Notes: a model not told the origin generated them from the sequence alone. A stretch of 64,000 nt of DNA from Deltaproteobacteria bacterium (GCA_016218815.1 JACRCX010000117.1:35009-99008), one strand, 5' to 3'. Counted from the stretch's first letter, positions 37,255 through 47,280 are shown. Numbers and translations: made by a program.

Positions 37255-39888
37255 ATGGCAAAGGCGCACCGAAGCTTCGGTCTGCTCGTCGCCGTCCTCT
37301 GGTCCCTGGGCGGGTGCGCCACGGGCAGCTCCGGCATGCCCGATTACGGCTCCGAATCGACCCACGGCGACGACGGCGGCGGAGGAACCGACGCCGACGA
37401 GGGCGGCGCCGAGGACGCCGGCGAGGACGCCGGCGAGGTCGACGACGAGGGCGACTCGGCCGCCGACGCCGAGGCGGACGGCGACACGCCGTGTACGACG
37501 GCCGTCGAGTGCGACGACGGGATCGACTGCACCTTCGACTCCTGCGACAACCTGCGTCACGTCTGCGTCCACACCCCCGAGGACGCCGCCTGCGACGACG
37601 GCAGCCCGTGCACCACGGGCGAGCACTGCGACCCCGCCCTCGGCTGCGACCCCGGCACGACCATCGATTGCGGGGACGGCATCGCCTGCACCCGCGACGA
37701 GTGCCTGTCGCTGACCGGCGAGTGCACCAGCACGCCCGACGACACGCTGTGCGCGGCGACCGAGCGCTGCCGCCCTGCCCTCGGCGGCTGTGTCGTGCCC
37801 CCGCCCTGCGGCTCCGACGCGGAGTGCGACGACGGCAACCGCTGCAACGGCGTCGAGACCTGCGGCGGCGACCTCGGCTGCGAGGACGGGACGCCCGTCG
37901 ATTGCCGCGACGCCGTCGACTGCACCGACGACGTTTGCGAGCCCGCGAGCGGCGCCTGTTCCCACCCGCCCGACGACGCGCGGTGCGACGACGGCAACGC
38001 GTGCAACGGCGCCGAGACCTGCGATGCCGTCGCCGGCTGCCGCTCCGGCACGCCCCTCGACTGCTCCGACGGCGTGGACTGCACCGAGGACTCCTGCAGC
38101 GCCCTGACCGGTGCCTGCTCGCACGCCGCCAACGACTCCCGCTGCGACGACCGGGTCTACTGCAACGGCCCCGAGCGCTGCGACCCGGTCTCCGGCTGTT
38201 CCGGCGGCACGGCACCCTCGTGCAGCGACGGCATCGCCTGCACCTCGGACTCCTGCGACGGCACGACCGACAGTTGCACGCACACGCCGAACAACGCGCT
38301 CTGCTCGGACGGCCGCTTCTGCAACGGCGTCGAGCTCTGCTCCGGCGGCGTCGGCTGCGGCCCCGGCACTCCCGCGGTCTGCTCGGACGGCCTGGCGTGC
38401 ACCACCGATCGTTGCGATCCCGCGGCGGCCGGCGGCGCCGGCGCCTGCGTCGGCGAATCGCCCGACCGCGACGGCGATACCTACGGCGACGCCGCCTGCA
38501 CCGGCACCGACTGCAACGACGGGGCGGCCGGCGTCCACCCCGGCGCCGCCGAGCTGTGCAATGGCGGGGACGACGATTGCGACGGTGCGACCGACGAGGG
38601 CTACGTGTGTCCGGCCGGCACCTCGCGGAGCTGCACGGTGGGCGGCTGCACCGGCTCGCAGGCGTGCAGCGCGAGCTGCACGTGGGGAAGCTGCGTCGTG
38701 TCGGGCACCGAGGTGTGCAACGGCCTGGACGACGACTGCGACGGGCTCTCCGACGAGGTCTTCGCCTGCCGCTTCGGCGCCGTCCAGGCGTGCAGCGTCG
38801 GGTCGTGCCCGGGCACGCAGAGCTGCGTCGCCGGCTGCACCTGGGGCGCTTGCACCGCCTCCGCCTCCGAGGCGTGCAACGGGCTGGACGACAACTGCAA
38901 CGGCGTCACGGACGAGGGCTACTCCTGCATCATGGGCCGGGCGCAGTCCTGCACGATCGGGGCCTGCTCCGGGAGCCAGACGTGCCAGCCGGGCTGCTAC
39001 TGGGGCGCCTGCACCGCCGGCTCGCCGGAGTCGTGCAACGGCCTGGACGACGACTGCAACGGGGCGACCGACGAGATCTTCCCCTGCCGCCTGGGCACCA
39101 CGATCGGCTGCACCAACGCCTGCGGCGTCGCCGGCTCGCAGTCCTGTGCCTCGCCCTCGTGCACCTGGGGCTCCTGCTGCGCGGCTGCCGAGGTCTGCGG
39201 CAACGGGTGCGACGACAACTGCGCCGGCGGGGTCGATGAGGGATGCGTGTCCCGGCGCATCCTCTTTCTGCTCGATCTCTGCCCTGGCTCCTCCGGATAC
39301 GGGATCGACCACGTCACCCCGGCGCTGACCAACCTCGGGTACTACGGGTCCACCACGTTCGTGTACAACGACGCGTCGTTGTCCGCGCAGCTCTCCTCCG
39401 GCACCTGGGACCTGGTCATCGTCGACGAGTACTACTACGACCTCACTCCGACGACGATGGACCAACTCAACGCCCACGTCCTGGCCGGGCGCGCCCTCAT
39501 CTTCTCGTACTGGGACCTGTTCCTCTACTCGGGCCACGCCCTCCTATCGACCGCGGGCGTCGCCCTCTCGCTCTCCTACTCCTCCCCGCCGCCGATCTAC
39601 CGCTGGATCACCTCGCCCCTGTTCACGACCCCCAACGCCGTTCCGGACATCTCCGGCTACACCGACACCTGCAACACCGACGGCCAGTACCTGATCGTCA
39701 GCTCGGCGACCGCCCACGCCGGCTACGCGCCCTTCCCGTTCCCCAGCCAGGCGGCGCTCACGGTCAATTCCAGCTCCCGCATGATCCTCAACGGCTTCAT
39801 GCCGCAGATCGTGAGCCAGAACGCCGACGGCGACGGCAAGCCGGACATGGTCGAGCTGTACGAGAACGAGATCGACTTCCTGCTGTAG
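37255..39888 (+). CDS. Large cysteine-rich secreted lipoprotein, tandem paralog of 34749..37148 with a different C-terminal domain
   Basis: GGGAGG RBS and ATG 37255. Lipobox MAKAHRSFGLLVAVLWSLGGCATG. Same module order as the upstream gene; many modules are near-identical in sequence. The C-terminal about 230 aa (ILFLLDLCPGSSGYGIDHV...) are unrelated to the upstream paralog's tail. Confidence 0.75.
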   Translation: MAKAHRSFGLLVAVLWSLGGCATGSSGMPDYGSESTHGDDGGGGTDADEGGAEDAGEDAGEVDDEGDSAADAEADGDTPCTTAVECDDGIDCTFDSCDNLRHVCVHTPEDAACDDGSPCTTGEHCDPALGCDPGTTIDCGDGIACTRDECLSLTGECTSTPDDTLCAATERCRPALGGCVVPPPCGSDAECDDGNRCNGVETCGGDLGCEDGTPVDCRDAVDCTDDVCEPASGACSHPPDDARCDDGNACNGAETCDAVAGCRSGTPLDCSDGVDCTEDSCSALTGACSHAANDSRCDDRVYCNGPERCDPVSGCSGGTAPSCSDGIACTSDSCDGTTDSCTHTPNNALCSDGRFCNGVELCSGGVGCGPGTPAVCSDGLACTTDRCDPAAAGGAGACVGESPDRDGDTYGDAACTGTDCNDGAAGVHPGAAELCNGGDDDCDGATDEGYVCPAGTSRSCTVGGCTGSQACSASCTWGSCVVSGTEVCNGLDDDCDGLSDEVFACRFGAVQACSVGSCPGTQSCVAGCTWGACTASASEACNGLDDNCNGVTDEGYSCIMGRAQSCTIGACSGSQTCQPGCYWGACTAGSPESCNGLDDDCNGATDEIFPCRLGTTIGCTNACGVAGSQSCASPSCTWGSCCAAAEVCGNGCDDNCAGGVDEGCVSRRILFLLDLCPGSSGYGIDHVTPALTNLGYYGSTTFVYNDASLSAQLSSGTWDLVIVDEYYYDLTPTTMDQLNAHVLAGRALIFSYWDLFLYSGHALLSTAGVALSLSYSSPPPIYRWITSPLFTTPNAVPDISGYTDTCNTDGQYLIVSSATAHAGYAPFPFPSQAALTVNSSSRMILNGFMPQIVSQNADGDGKPDMVELYENEIDFLL

Positions 39889-39893
39889 GTCGA

Positions 39894-41510
39894 TCAGGTT
39901 CCCATCACGAACTCCAGGTACGCCTCCACCGACAGCTCCTCGCCCGTCGCCTCGCGCACCCGCACCGTCCACTCCCGCGTCTCGCCGTCCGACCACAGCG
40001 CCTCGCGCAGGAACGCGCCGACGGCCGGGTCGTCCAGCCACCCCTCGCCGAATCGCTCCCGGACCGCGCGCAGGACCTGCGCCGCGATCAGATCCGCCAG
40101 CACGTAGTTCTGCATGTAGCACGGGTACGCCGCGAGAAATGCGGTCGCCGCCCACGTCGCCGGCGCGTCCAACGGGAGCGCAAGACCCAGATACCGTTCC
40201 GCGACCTCGTGCTCGACGGCGTCGACGTCGGTCCCCTCCTCGTACAGCGCCCGCTCCAACGCCACGTCGGCCAGGCGCGAACGCACCGAAACCAGCGAGC
40301 GGGCGCGCCACAGCGCCAGGAAGCGCTCGATCTCCTCCGTCGACAGGTCGGTCCGCCGCTCGAGGAACGCGCGGTCGCCGACGAGCAGCCCGAGCAGCTC
40401 GGCCATCCCCTCCGCGTACGCCGGCACGCTCGCGCCGGCCAGCCATTCGTAGCCCTTCAGGATTGGCGAGGCGACGGTCGTCGAGACGCCCTGGAGCGCG
40501 TGGCCCGTCTCGTGGAACAGGGTCCCCCACACGCGCCAGCCGGGCAGGGGGTTGATCATCATGCGCACGTCGTCGGGGATCGAGACGGCCAGAGTCTGGC
40601 CGCCATAGCCGAAATCACCCTCCCGGCGGCGGATGGGCAGCGCCTCCAGCTCGACGCCGATCCCCCGCAGCGTCTCCGACAGCGCCGGCAGCGCCTGCTC
40701 CTTCGGCCAACGCTCGTCCGGGATCGTGCCGAGCTTCTCGATCAGCCACGGCACGTCCCAGGGGGCGAGCGTCGCGGCGGGGTCGCCGCCCGCCTCGCGC
40801 CCGCGCCGCAGCACCTCCGCCCACGCCTCCGCCGTCCGCTCGTCCAGCTCGCGCAGCAGCGGATCGAGCAGCTCCGGCGGCAGCCCCTCGGCCCCCAGCA
40901 TCGCGTCGGCGTAGGTGCCGGCCCCCCCCAGCCCGGCCGCGGCTTCCTTCCGCAGCGAGACCAGCCGCAGCGTGTCCTCCAGAACCTCGCCGTGCAGGTC
41001 GCCGCGAAGCTCCACGACGAGCCGCCGCTCGGCCGGGTCGTCCGAGCGCGACAAACGCGAGAGGTCGGAGCGCGACCAGGTCCGGTCGCCCCGCACGAAC
41101 GCGTGCTCGTTGACCCGGCGCTCCAGGTCGGTGCGCAGCCGGACGGCCTCCGGGTCCGCGTCGAGCCGCCAGGCGCCCTCGCAGCGACGCCAGACCTCGG
41201 CCCGCCGGGCGATGATCGGATCGCCGCCGGACCCGCGGCAGGCGTCGAGCACCGGGCGCGCCCGGTCGAAGAGGCGGCCGAACTCGGCGCGCACCGCCGC
41301 CGGATCCTCGGCCGTCTCGCCTTCTTCCTCCCCGACGTACGACAGCCAGGTCGCGGCGCCCAGTCGCCGCGCGAGCGCTTCGTAGTCGGCTTCGAGCGCG
41401 TCGAGTGCGCCGCACGAGTCGTTCACGGCCGGAACTCCTTCCGCGGGGCGCGTCCCTTCCGGACCGCCGCAGGCGACGAGCAGCAGAAGACAGGAACCAC
41501 CGATGGACAC
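39894..41510 (-). CDS. Zinc metallopeptidase lipoprotein, M3/M2-like (HETGH motif)
   Basis: GTG at 41510 gives MSIGGSCLLLLVACGG (lipobox). The HExxH site is LFHETGHALQG, with a downstream EGMAELLG region. The maximal ORF to 42956 is antisense of the M20 gene. Confidence 0.65.
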   Translation of the reverse strand: MSIGGSCLLLLVACGGPEGTRPAEGVPAVNDSCGALDALEADYEALARRLGAATWLSYVGEEEGETAEDPAAVRAEFGRLFDRARPVLDACRGSGGDPIIARRAEVWRRCEGAWRLDADPEAVRLRTDLERRVNEHAFVRGDRTWSRSDLSRLSRSDDPAERRLVVELRGDLHGEVLEDTLRLVSLRKEAAAGLGGAGTYADAMLGAEGLPPELLDPLLRELDERTAEAWAEVLRRGREAGGDPAATLAPWDVPWLIEKLGTIPDERWPKEQALPALSETLRGIGVELEALPIRRREGDFGYGGQTLAVSIPDDVRMMINPLPGWRVWGTLFHETGHALQGVSTTVASPILKGYEWLAGASVPAYAEGMAELLGLLVGDRAFLERRTDLSTEEIERFLALWRARSLVSVRSRLADVALERALYEEGTDVDAVEHEVAERYLGLALPLDAPATWAATAFLAAYPCYMQNYVLADLIAAQVLRAVRERFGEGWLDDPAVGAFLREALWSDGETREWTVRVREATGEELSVEAYLEFVMGT

Positions 41511-41513
41511 GGT

Positions 41514-41586
41514 GCGGAACCGAACCGCGCCCTTCAGGGCGCGGCTGTGTCGGGACAAGCCGCGGGCTGAAGCCCGCGGTTCGGTT
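41514..41586 (+). repeat. REP/MITE-like double-hairpin element, copy 2 (between the M20 peptidase stop and the M3-like peptidase start)
   Basis: Same consensus as copy 1. The outer arms GGAACCGAACCGCG...CGCGGTTCGGTTGC form terminal inverted repeats. Confidence 0.8.
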
Positions 41587-41611
41587 GCGGGCAGGAGCAC
41601 CGCGCCGGTAC

Positions 41612-42850
41612 CTACACCTGGAGCATGACGTGGGTCATGACCTTGGCGTCGCCCAGGATGTTGGAGAGGATGACGTACTCGTTCGGCCCGTGCATCGTCT
41701 CGTCCATGCGGGCCCAGACGGCGGCCGGGGCGCCGCCGCGGCGGAGGTGGGCCGCGACCGTGCCGCCGCCGATGCCCATCGGCTTCGCGGCCACGCCGTA
41801 CACCTTCTGCACCGCCTTGATCAGCGAGGTGACGACGGGGGCGTCGACGGGGGTCGGCGGGGCGGCGTTGTCGCGCTGCACGATGTCGACCGTCGTCTTC
41901 GTGCCCATCTTGCGGTCGGTCTGGCCGCAGATCGTCTTGACGCGCCGGAGCACCTTCGTGATGTCGTACTCGGGCAGCACGCGGCAGTCGACGTAGAACA
42001 CGTCCTCTCCCGGGATCGTGTTCACGTTGGGCACGTTCGCCTCGTGCTTCGTCGGCTCGAAGGTGGAGATCGGCGGGTCGAACACCTCGTTGCGCGCCCC
42101 GAACTTCTTGTACAGCGAGCCCAGCTTGACGATCGTGTGCGCCGCGGCCACGTGCGCGTTGATCCCCTTCTCCGGGGTCGAGCCGTGGCACTGCTTGCCC
42201 TGCGTCGTGATCTTCAGCCAGATGATCCCCTTCTCCGCTACCTCGACCATCGATCCGTCCGGCAGCCCGCCGTCCGGAACGATGACGATGTCCTCGGCGC
42301 GGAACATCCCCTTGTTCTTCTTGAGCAGGTACTGGATGCCGAACTCGCTCCCCGTCTCCTCGTCCGCGACGAACAGCAGGGCGACGTCGAACGCCGGGAC
42401 CGTCTTCGTCTCCAGAAGCGCCTTGGCCGCCAGAAGCGAGGCCACGATGCCCTGCTGGTTGTCCTCCACGCCGCGCCCGTAGACCTTGTCGCCGTCCACC
42501 CGCGCCTCGAACGGCGGAGAGTCCCACTTCTTGAGATCGCCCTCCGGGACGATGTCCAGGTGGCTCATGATCCACACCGTGCGGTCGTGTGACGCCCCGG
42601 GGATCCGCGCGATGAGGTTCGGCCGCACGCCGCCGTCCGCCTCCGCGTCCGGCGCGTCGATCCGCTCGAGCTGCGTGATGCCGAGCCCGCGCAGGACCTC
42701 CTCCACCGCGAGACACCGGGCCAGCTCGCCCTTGCCCCCGCTCTTCGGGCAGACCGCCGGGATCGCCGTCAGCTTCTTCTCCAGCGCGATCGCCTCGTCC
42801 CGGTACCCGTCGATCTTCGCCGCCACGGTCTCGAATGCGGTTCCGTTCAT
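41612..42850 (-). CDS. M20 family metallopeptidase (ArgE/DapE/acetylornithine deacetylase-like)
   Basis: ATG at 42850 with GGAGGAGGAA RBS. MSHLDIVPEGD (metal-binding His/Asp), VADEETGSEFG (the catalytic Glu-Glu/Asp pair context) and GGGTVAAHLR are present. 412 aa. Confidence 0.8.
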   Translation of the reverse strand: MNGTAFETVAAKIDGYRDEAIALEKKLTAIPAVCPKSGGKGELARCLAVEEVLRGLGITQLERIDAPDAEADGGVRPNLIARIPGASHDRTVWIMSHLDIVPEGDLKKWDSPPFEARVDGDKVYGRGVEDNQQGIVASLLAAKALLETKTVPAFDVALLFVADEETGSEFGIQYLLKKNKGMFRAEDIVIVPDGGLPDGSMVEVAEKGIIWLKITTQGKQCHGSTPEKGINAHVAAAHTIVKLGSLYKKFGARNEVFDPPISTFEPTKHEANVPNVNTIPGEDVFYVDCRVLPEYDITKVLRRVKTICGQTDRKMGTKTTVDIVQRDNAAPPTPVDAPVVTSLIKAVQKVYGVAAKPMGIGGGTVAAHLRRGGAPAAVWARMDETMHGPNEYVILSNILGDAKVMTHVMLQV

Positions 42851-42982
42851 TTCCTCCTCCTTCCTCGCTCCTCGAGCGCGACTTTCCAGCCGGCGGGCGC
42901 GACGATAGCGCCGGGGTGGGACCGGCGGCAACCCCCTTCCGTTCCTGTTGATCCACGGATCGCCGCCGCGTAGGCTCGGGGC

Positions 42983-43606
42983 ATGTTCCACGTCGTCGAG
43001 CATCCCCTGGTGCAGCACAAGCTCGGCATCCTGCGGGCCGCGGATACGAGCACCGCGAAGTTCCGCGAGGTGACGCGCGAGATCACCAACCTCCTCAGCT
43101 ACGAGGCGACCAAGGACCTGGACACGGAAGAGGCGACGGTCCAGGGCTGGGCCGGCCCGGTCCGCGTCCGCCAGATCGTGGGCAAGAAGGTCGCCGTCGT
43201 CCCGATCCTGCGTGCCGGCATCGGCATGCTCCAGGGCGTCCTGGACCTCATCCCCGCCGCCCGCGTCAATGTCGTCGGCCTCTACCGCAACGAGGAAACC
43301 CTGGAGCCCGTGCAGTACTACAAGAAGTTCAACGTCGACATCGCCGAGCGGCTGGCGATCGTCCTGGACCCGATGCTCGCCACGGGTCACTCGTTCGCCG
43401 CCACGGTCGACATGCTCCGCGCCGCGGGGTGCGCGACCATCCGCGGGCTCTGCCTGGTCGGCGCGCCGGAAGGCATCGGGCTCCTGGAGCGCACGCACCC
43501 CGAGGTCGAGATCTTCGCGGCGTCGCGCGACGAGCGGCTGAACGACCGCGGGTACATCCTCCCGGGGCTCGGCGACGCCGGCGACCGGCTGTTCGGCACG
43601 AAGTGA
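42983..43606 (+). CDS. upp: Uracil phosphoribosyltransferase
   Basis: [18 protein letters not shown]...PILRAGIGM...[11 protein letters not shown]...[17 protein letters not shown]: the textbook Upp. Confidence 0.9.
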   Translation: MFHVVEHPLVQHKLGILRAADTSTAKFREVTREITNLLSYEATKDLDTEEATVQGWAGPVRVRQIVGKKVAVVPILRAGIGMLQGVLDLIPAARVNVVGLYRNEETLEPVQYYKKFNVDIAERLAIVLDPMLATGHSFAATVDMLRAAGCATIRGLCLVGAPEGIGLLERTHPEVEIFAASRDERLNDRGYILPGLGDAGDRLFGTK

Positions 43607-44238
43607 TGCGCCGAAGCTGGCGGCTCGTCGCCGCCTGGCTCGTCTCGCTGCTCGCCCGCCTCATCGTCCGCACCCTGCGCGTCCGCTTCCTGGGCCCGCC
43701 TCCCGCGTCGCTGCCGCATCCGTGCATCTACGCCTTTGCGCACGGACGGCAGGTACCGCTGTTGCTCTTCCCCAGGCCGCGCACGGCGATCGTCGCCAGC
43801 CTGAGCGAGGATGGGCGGCTGCAGGCGCGGGTGATGCGGCGGTTCGGGTTCGACGTGATCGACGGCTCCAGCTCGCACGGCGGGCCGGCGGTGCTGGCCG
43901 CGGCGCTCGGGCGCCTCGCCGGCGGCAGGGATCTCGCGGTCGCCGTCGACGGTCCGCGCGGCCCCCGCGCCGTGGTCAAGCCGGGCGTCGTCTTCCTCGC
44001 CGCCCGCTCGGGCGCGCCGATCGTCCCGTTGTCCGCTGCCTGCACGCGGGCCTGGCGCTTTCGCCGCTCCTGGGACGGCTTCCTCCTGCCCAAGCCCTTC
44101 GCGCGCGTCATCGTCGTGTCCGGCAAGCCGATCCCCGTGCCGCCCGACCTGCCGCTGGATTCGTTGGAGGGTCCGCGCGCGCGGCTGGAGGCCGAGCTGG
44201 GCCGCTTGGCGACGGCGGCCGAGGACCACGCGGCCTGA
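43606..44238 (+). CDS. Lysophospholipid acyltransferase-like protein (DUF374 family)
   Basis: ATG overlaps the upp stop (TGATG). The N-terminal TM helix is followed by FAHGRQ (HxxxxD/Q acyltransferase-like) and a DUF374-like core. The long upstream extension from 43429 is Arg-rich. Confidence 0.65.
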   Translation: MRRSWRLVAAWLVSLLARLIVRTLRVRFLGPPPASLPHPCIYAFAHGRQVPLLLFPRPRTAIVASLSEDGRLQARVMRRFGFDVIDGSSSHGGPAVLAAALGRLAGGRDLAVAVDGPRGPRAVVKPGVVFLAARSGAPIVPLSAACTRAWRFRRSWDGFLLPKPFARVIVVSGKPIPVPPDLPLDSLEGPRARLEAELGRLATAAEDHAA

Positions 44239-44242
44239 TCCG

Positions 44243-44352
44243 GCCGACCGCTCGCCCGCTCGCCCGCTCGCCTCCCCCCGGCCGCTCGACCGCTCGCCTC
44301 CCCCCCCGGCCGCTCGGCCGCTCGCCTCCCCCCGGCCGCTCGCTTCCTCGCT
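44243..44352. repeat. Intergenic minisatellite, about 29-bp unit x3.5 (GGCCGCTCGRCCGCTCGCCTCCCCCC)
   Basis: Direct tandem repeats are visible between the acyltransferase stop (44238) and the Cys-rich lipoprotein stop (44351). Confidence 0.75.
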
Positions 44353-47185
44353 AGCGCGTGGAGCGCGAGGTCGTGTCGCTGATCACGGTGTTGAGCGGGG
44401 TGACCGAGCAGGTGTCGGGGCCGCTCCAGTAGACGTCGACGACGCGCCACATGTCGCGCGCGCCTCCGCCGCCGTTGGCGCAGACGGTGCGGGTGTAGGT
44501 CCCGACCGGCGTGTAGCTGATGTCGCCGCAGTAGATGCGCACCGTGGCCGTGCGACAGCCGTCCGAACGGTAGTGGTGGACGCCGACCCGGTAGGTGTTG
44601 CCGACGACCGGCGAATCGATGTTGATGTTCTCCGGCCCGTCCCCGGGGATGTCGTCGTAGTCCAGCCGTGGGTCGTCGAGCGTGCCGCCGCCGTCCCAGG
44701 ACGGCCGGGTGTTGGCGTAGTAGCAGTCGTACGGCGAGTTGAACCACGCGGGCGAGCTGGGGTGCAGCAGGTGCAAGTCGACGTCGCCCGGGATGTCCCA
44801 GACCAGCTCGACCCGCAGCCCTAGACCCGTGACGTGCACCTCCACCGTGCAGCTCGCCGTCCGCCCGCCGCTGTCGGTCACCGTGTAGCGCAGCATGTAC
44901 ACGCCGGCGATGTCGGCGCGGAAGGTCGTGGAGGCGCAGATCGTGCAGCCGAAGCTGTAGATCATGCCGGCGGGGCCGGACGTGACCTCCCAGCGGCGGG
45001 AGACGATGTCGCCGTCGGGGTCGCCGTCCGAGGCGGTCAGCGTGACCGTCGCGCGGGCGACCATCGTGACCGGGGACGCCGGACAGGTCGTCCACGGCGG
45101 CCCGAAACAGCCCTCGTCGACCGAGCCGTCGCAGTCCTCGTCGCGCCCCGTGCTGCAGGCCTCGGTGCCGGGCAGCCGCTCGCCCGAACACGCGCCCCAG
45201 GTGGAGCCGGAGCCGGGGATTTCCACGCAGACCTGGCTGCCGTCGCGGCACTCGCCGACCAGGCGCGTGGCCGGCGGGCCGGTGTAGCACGAGCGCGTCG
45301 CGCCGGGCGTGCAGGTGCATCCTTCGTCGGTGCCGTAGTCGCAGTCGTTGTCCAGCCCGTCCGCGCAGACCTCGATCCCGGGGAGCACCTCGCCGCCGCA
45401 GGCCGTCCAGGTGCTGCCGCCGCCCGGGATCGTCACGCAGCTCTGCGAGCCCTGCCGGCAGACGCCGACGCCGGCCGTGCCGGCCGGCCCGGAGTAGCAG
45501 TTGCGGGTGGTGCCCGGCGTGCAGACGCACAGCTCATCGCGCGTGCCGTCGCAGTCGTTGTCGACGGAGTCGCCGCAGACCTCCGTCGCCGGAACGACCT
45601 CGCCCACGCACGCGCCCCAGGACGCCGTCCCGCCGCTGCCGCTCACGCAGGTCTGGGTCCCGTTGCGGCAGGGACCGACGCCCGCGGTGCCGGCCGGTCC
45701 GGAGTAGCACGAGCGCGTCGCGCCGGGCGTGCACGTGCACCCCTCGTCGATGGCGTGGTCGCAGTCGTTGTCGATCGCGTCGCAGATCTCCGTGTCGGGT
45801 CCGTGCCAGCCCGCGCAGGCGGTCCACGTGGAGCTGGTCGAGCCGCTGTCCCACAGGCACTCGCGGCGCCCGTCGACGCAGACGCCGACCCCTCGCGTGC
45901 CGGCCGGCCCCGGGTAGCAGGCTTCCTCCGCCAGCGGCGGACATTCGCAGCCCGCGTCGGGCTCGCCGTCGCAGTCGTTGTCCAGACCGTCGCACACGTC
46001 GGGCGCGGGAAGGACGCTGCCGGTGCAGGGGCCCCATTCCGTGCCGCCGCCCGAGGTCGCGACGCAGGTCTGACCTCCCGCCAGACACGTGCCCTCGCCC
46101 TCGGTCCCCGCCGGGCCCGTGTAGCAGCTCCGGACGTCCCCCAGCACGCAGCCGCAGCCCTCGTCCGTCAACGCGTCGCAGTCGTCGTCGATGCCGTTGT
46201 CGCACAGCTCGAATCCCGGACCGGTCCAGCCCAGGCACAGGCCCCAGGAAGAGAGCGCGCCGCCGGGATCGACCACGCAGCTCTGGTCGCCGTCGGAACA
46301 GAGGCCCCGGCCGCGCGTGTCCGCAGGGCCCTCGTAGCAGACCCGCGTCGTACCGGGCGGGCAGACGCAACCCGCATCGACGGCGCCGTCACAGTCGTTG
46401 TCGACCCCGTCGCACAGGTCGATGCCCGGCAACGTCTGCCCGCGGCACTCGCCCCATTCCGTGCCGCCATCGGCCGTCTCCTGGCAGTACTGGTTGCCCC
46501 CCGTGCAGGTGCCGACGCCGTCGGTGCCGGCCGGACCCGTGTAGCACGGACGCCGGTCGCCGGTGTCGCAGACGCATCCTTCGTCCGCCGAGCCGTCGCA
46601 GTCGTTGTCGGTCCCGTCCCCGCAGGCCTCGCTGCCGGGCAGCACCGAGCCGGTGCAGTCGCCCCACGAGCCGAACTCGCCCACGGCGATGCAGGTCTGC
46701 GAGCCCATGTCGCAGATGCCGACTCCCGCCGCCGGCTCCGGCCCGACGTAGCACGGCTGCACCTCGCCGATCGCGCACGCGCAGCCCTCGTCGGCCGTCG
46801 TGTCCCCGTCGTTGTCGATGCCGTCGCCGCAGCGCTCCTCGCCCGGCGTCCACTCCGCCGGCGCATCGTCCGCGTCCGCGCCGGTGTCCGCGTCGCCGTC
46901 GCCCCCCTCGGGGTCCGCGTCGGCGTCGCCGTCCGCCGCGGCGTCCGGATCCCCATCGATCGTGCCGTCGGGAATCGGGGCGTCGGCGTCGCCGCCCGGG
47001 ACGTCCCATCCATCGCCCATCCCGTCGAAGAACCGGCACGTGCCGTCGACGCAGATGCCGCCGGGGCAGTCCGCGTTGCCCGAGCAGCGGGTGTCGTCGC
47101 CGCCCGAGGAGTCCGCCCCGGAGCCGCAGCCGGCCAGGGCCAGCGCGATACCCGCGAGCACGATACAAAACACCCTTTGCCGCAT
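44351..47185 (-). CDS. Large cysteine-rich lipoprotein with about 10 CxDGxDNDCDG putative metal-binding repeats and a C-terminal PKD/Ig-like region
   Basis: ATG 47185 with lipobox MRQRVFCIVLAGIALALAGCGSG. The repeats have the form CDxxDNDCDGxxDEGCxCxPGxTRxCYxGPAGTxGVGxCxxGxQxC. The C-terminal approximately 250 aa are beta-rich and non-repetitive. Confidence 0.75.
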   Translation of the reverse strand: MRQRVFCIVLAGIALALAGCGSGADSSGGDDTRCSGNADCPGGICVDGTCRFFDGMGDGWDVPGGDADAPIPDGTIDGDPDAAADGDADADPEGGDGDADTGADADDAPAEWTPGEERCGDGIDNDGDTTADEGCACAIGEVQPCYVGPEPAAGVGICDMGSQTCIAVGEFGSWGDCTGSVLPGSEACGDGTDNDCDGSADEGCVCDTGDRRPCYTGPAGTDGVGTCTGGNQYCQETADGGTEWGECRGQTLPGIDLCDGVDNDCDGAVDAGCVCPPGTTRVCYEGPADTRGRGLCSDGDQSCVVDPGGALSSWGLCLGWTGPGFELCDNGIDDDCDALTDEGCGCVLGDVRSCYTGPAGTEGEGTCLAGGQTCVATSGGGTEWGPCTGSVLPAPDVCDGLDNDCDGEPDAGCECPPLAEEACYPGPAGTRGVGVCVDGRRECLWDSGSTSSTWTACAGWHGPDTEICDAIDNDCDHAIDEGCTCTPGATRSCYSGPAGTAGVGPCRNGTQTCVSGSGGTASWGACVGEVVPATEVCGDSVDNDCDGTRDELCVCTPGTTRNCYSGPAGTAGVGVCRQGSQSCVTIPGGGSTWTACGGEVLPGIEVCADGLDNDCDYGTDEGCTCTPGATRSCYTGPPATRLVGECRDGSQVCVEIPGSGSTWGACSGERLPGTEACSTGRDEDCDGSVDEGCFGPPWTTCPASPVTMVARATVTLTASDGDPDGDIVSRRWEVTSGPAGMIYSFGCTICASTTFRADIAGVYMLRYTVTDSGGRTASCTVEVHVTGLGLRVELVWDIPGDVDLHLLHPSSPAWFNSPYDCYYANTRPSWDGGGTLDDPRLDYDDIPGDGPENINIDSPVVGNTYRVGVHHYRSDGCRTATVRIYCGDISYTPVGTYTRTVCANGGGGARDMWRVVDVYWSGPDTCSVTPLNTVISDTTSRSTR

Positions 47186-47280
47186 GGCCTCGCCTCCACC
47201 CTCCGCGCCGCAAGTCGGAACCGGCGCCAACTGTATTCTGACGGGGCGGACGCATCGGGTCAAGGCGCGATCTTCTCCCA

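Noticed and set aside
41511-42956. The N-terminal part of the 1020-aa minus-strand ORF.
   Set aside because: Antisense or out of frame relative to the M20 peptidase gene. The M3-like peptidase has a clear lipobox start at 41510.
44243-44352. Possible CRISPR array.
   Set aside because: The repeats are directly adjacent with no unique spacers of uniform length, and the unit is degenerate. It is a minisatellite, not CRISPR. The same applies to the arrays at 54870 and 60669.
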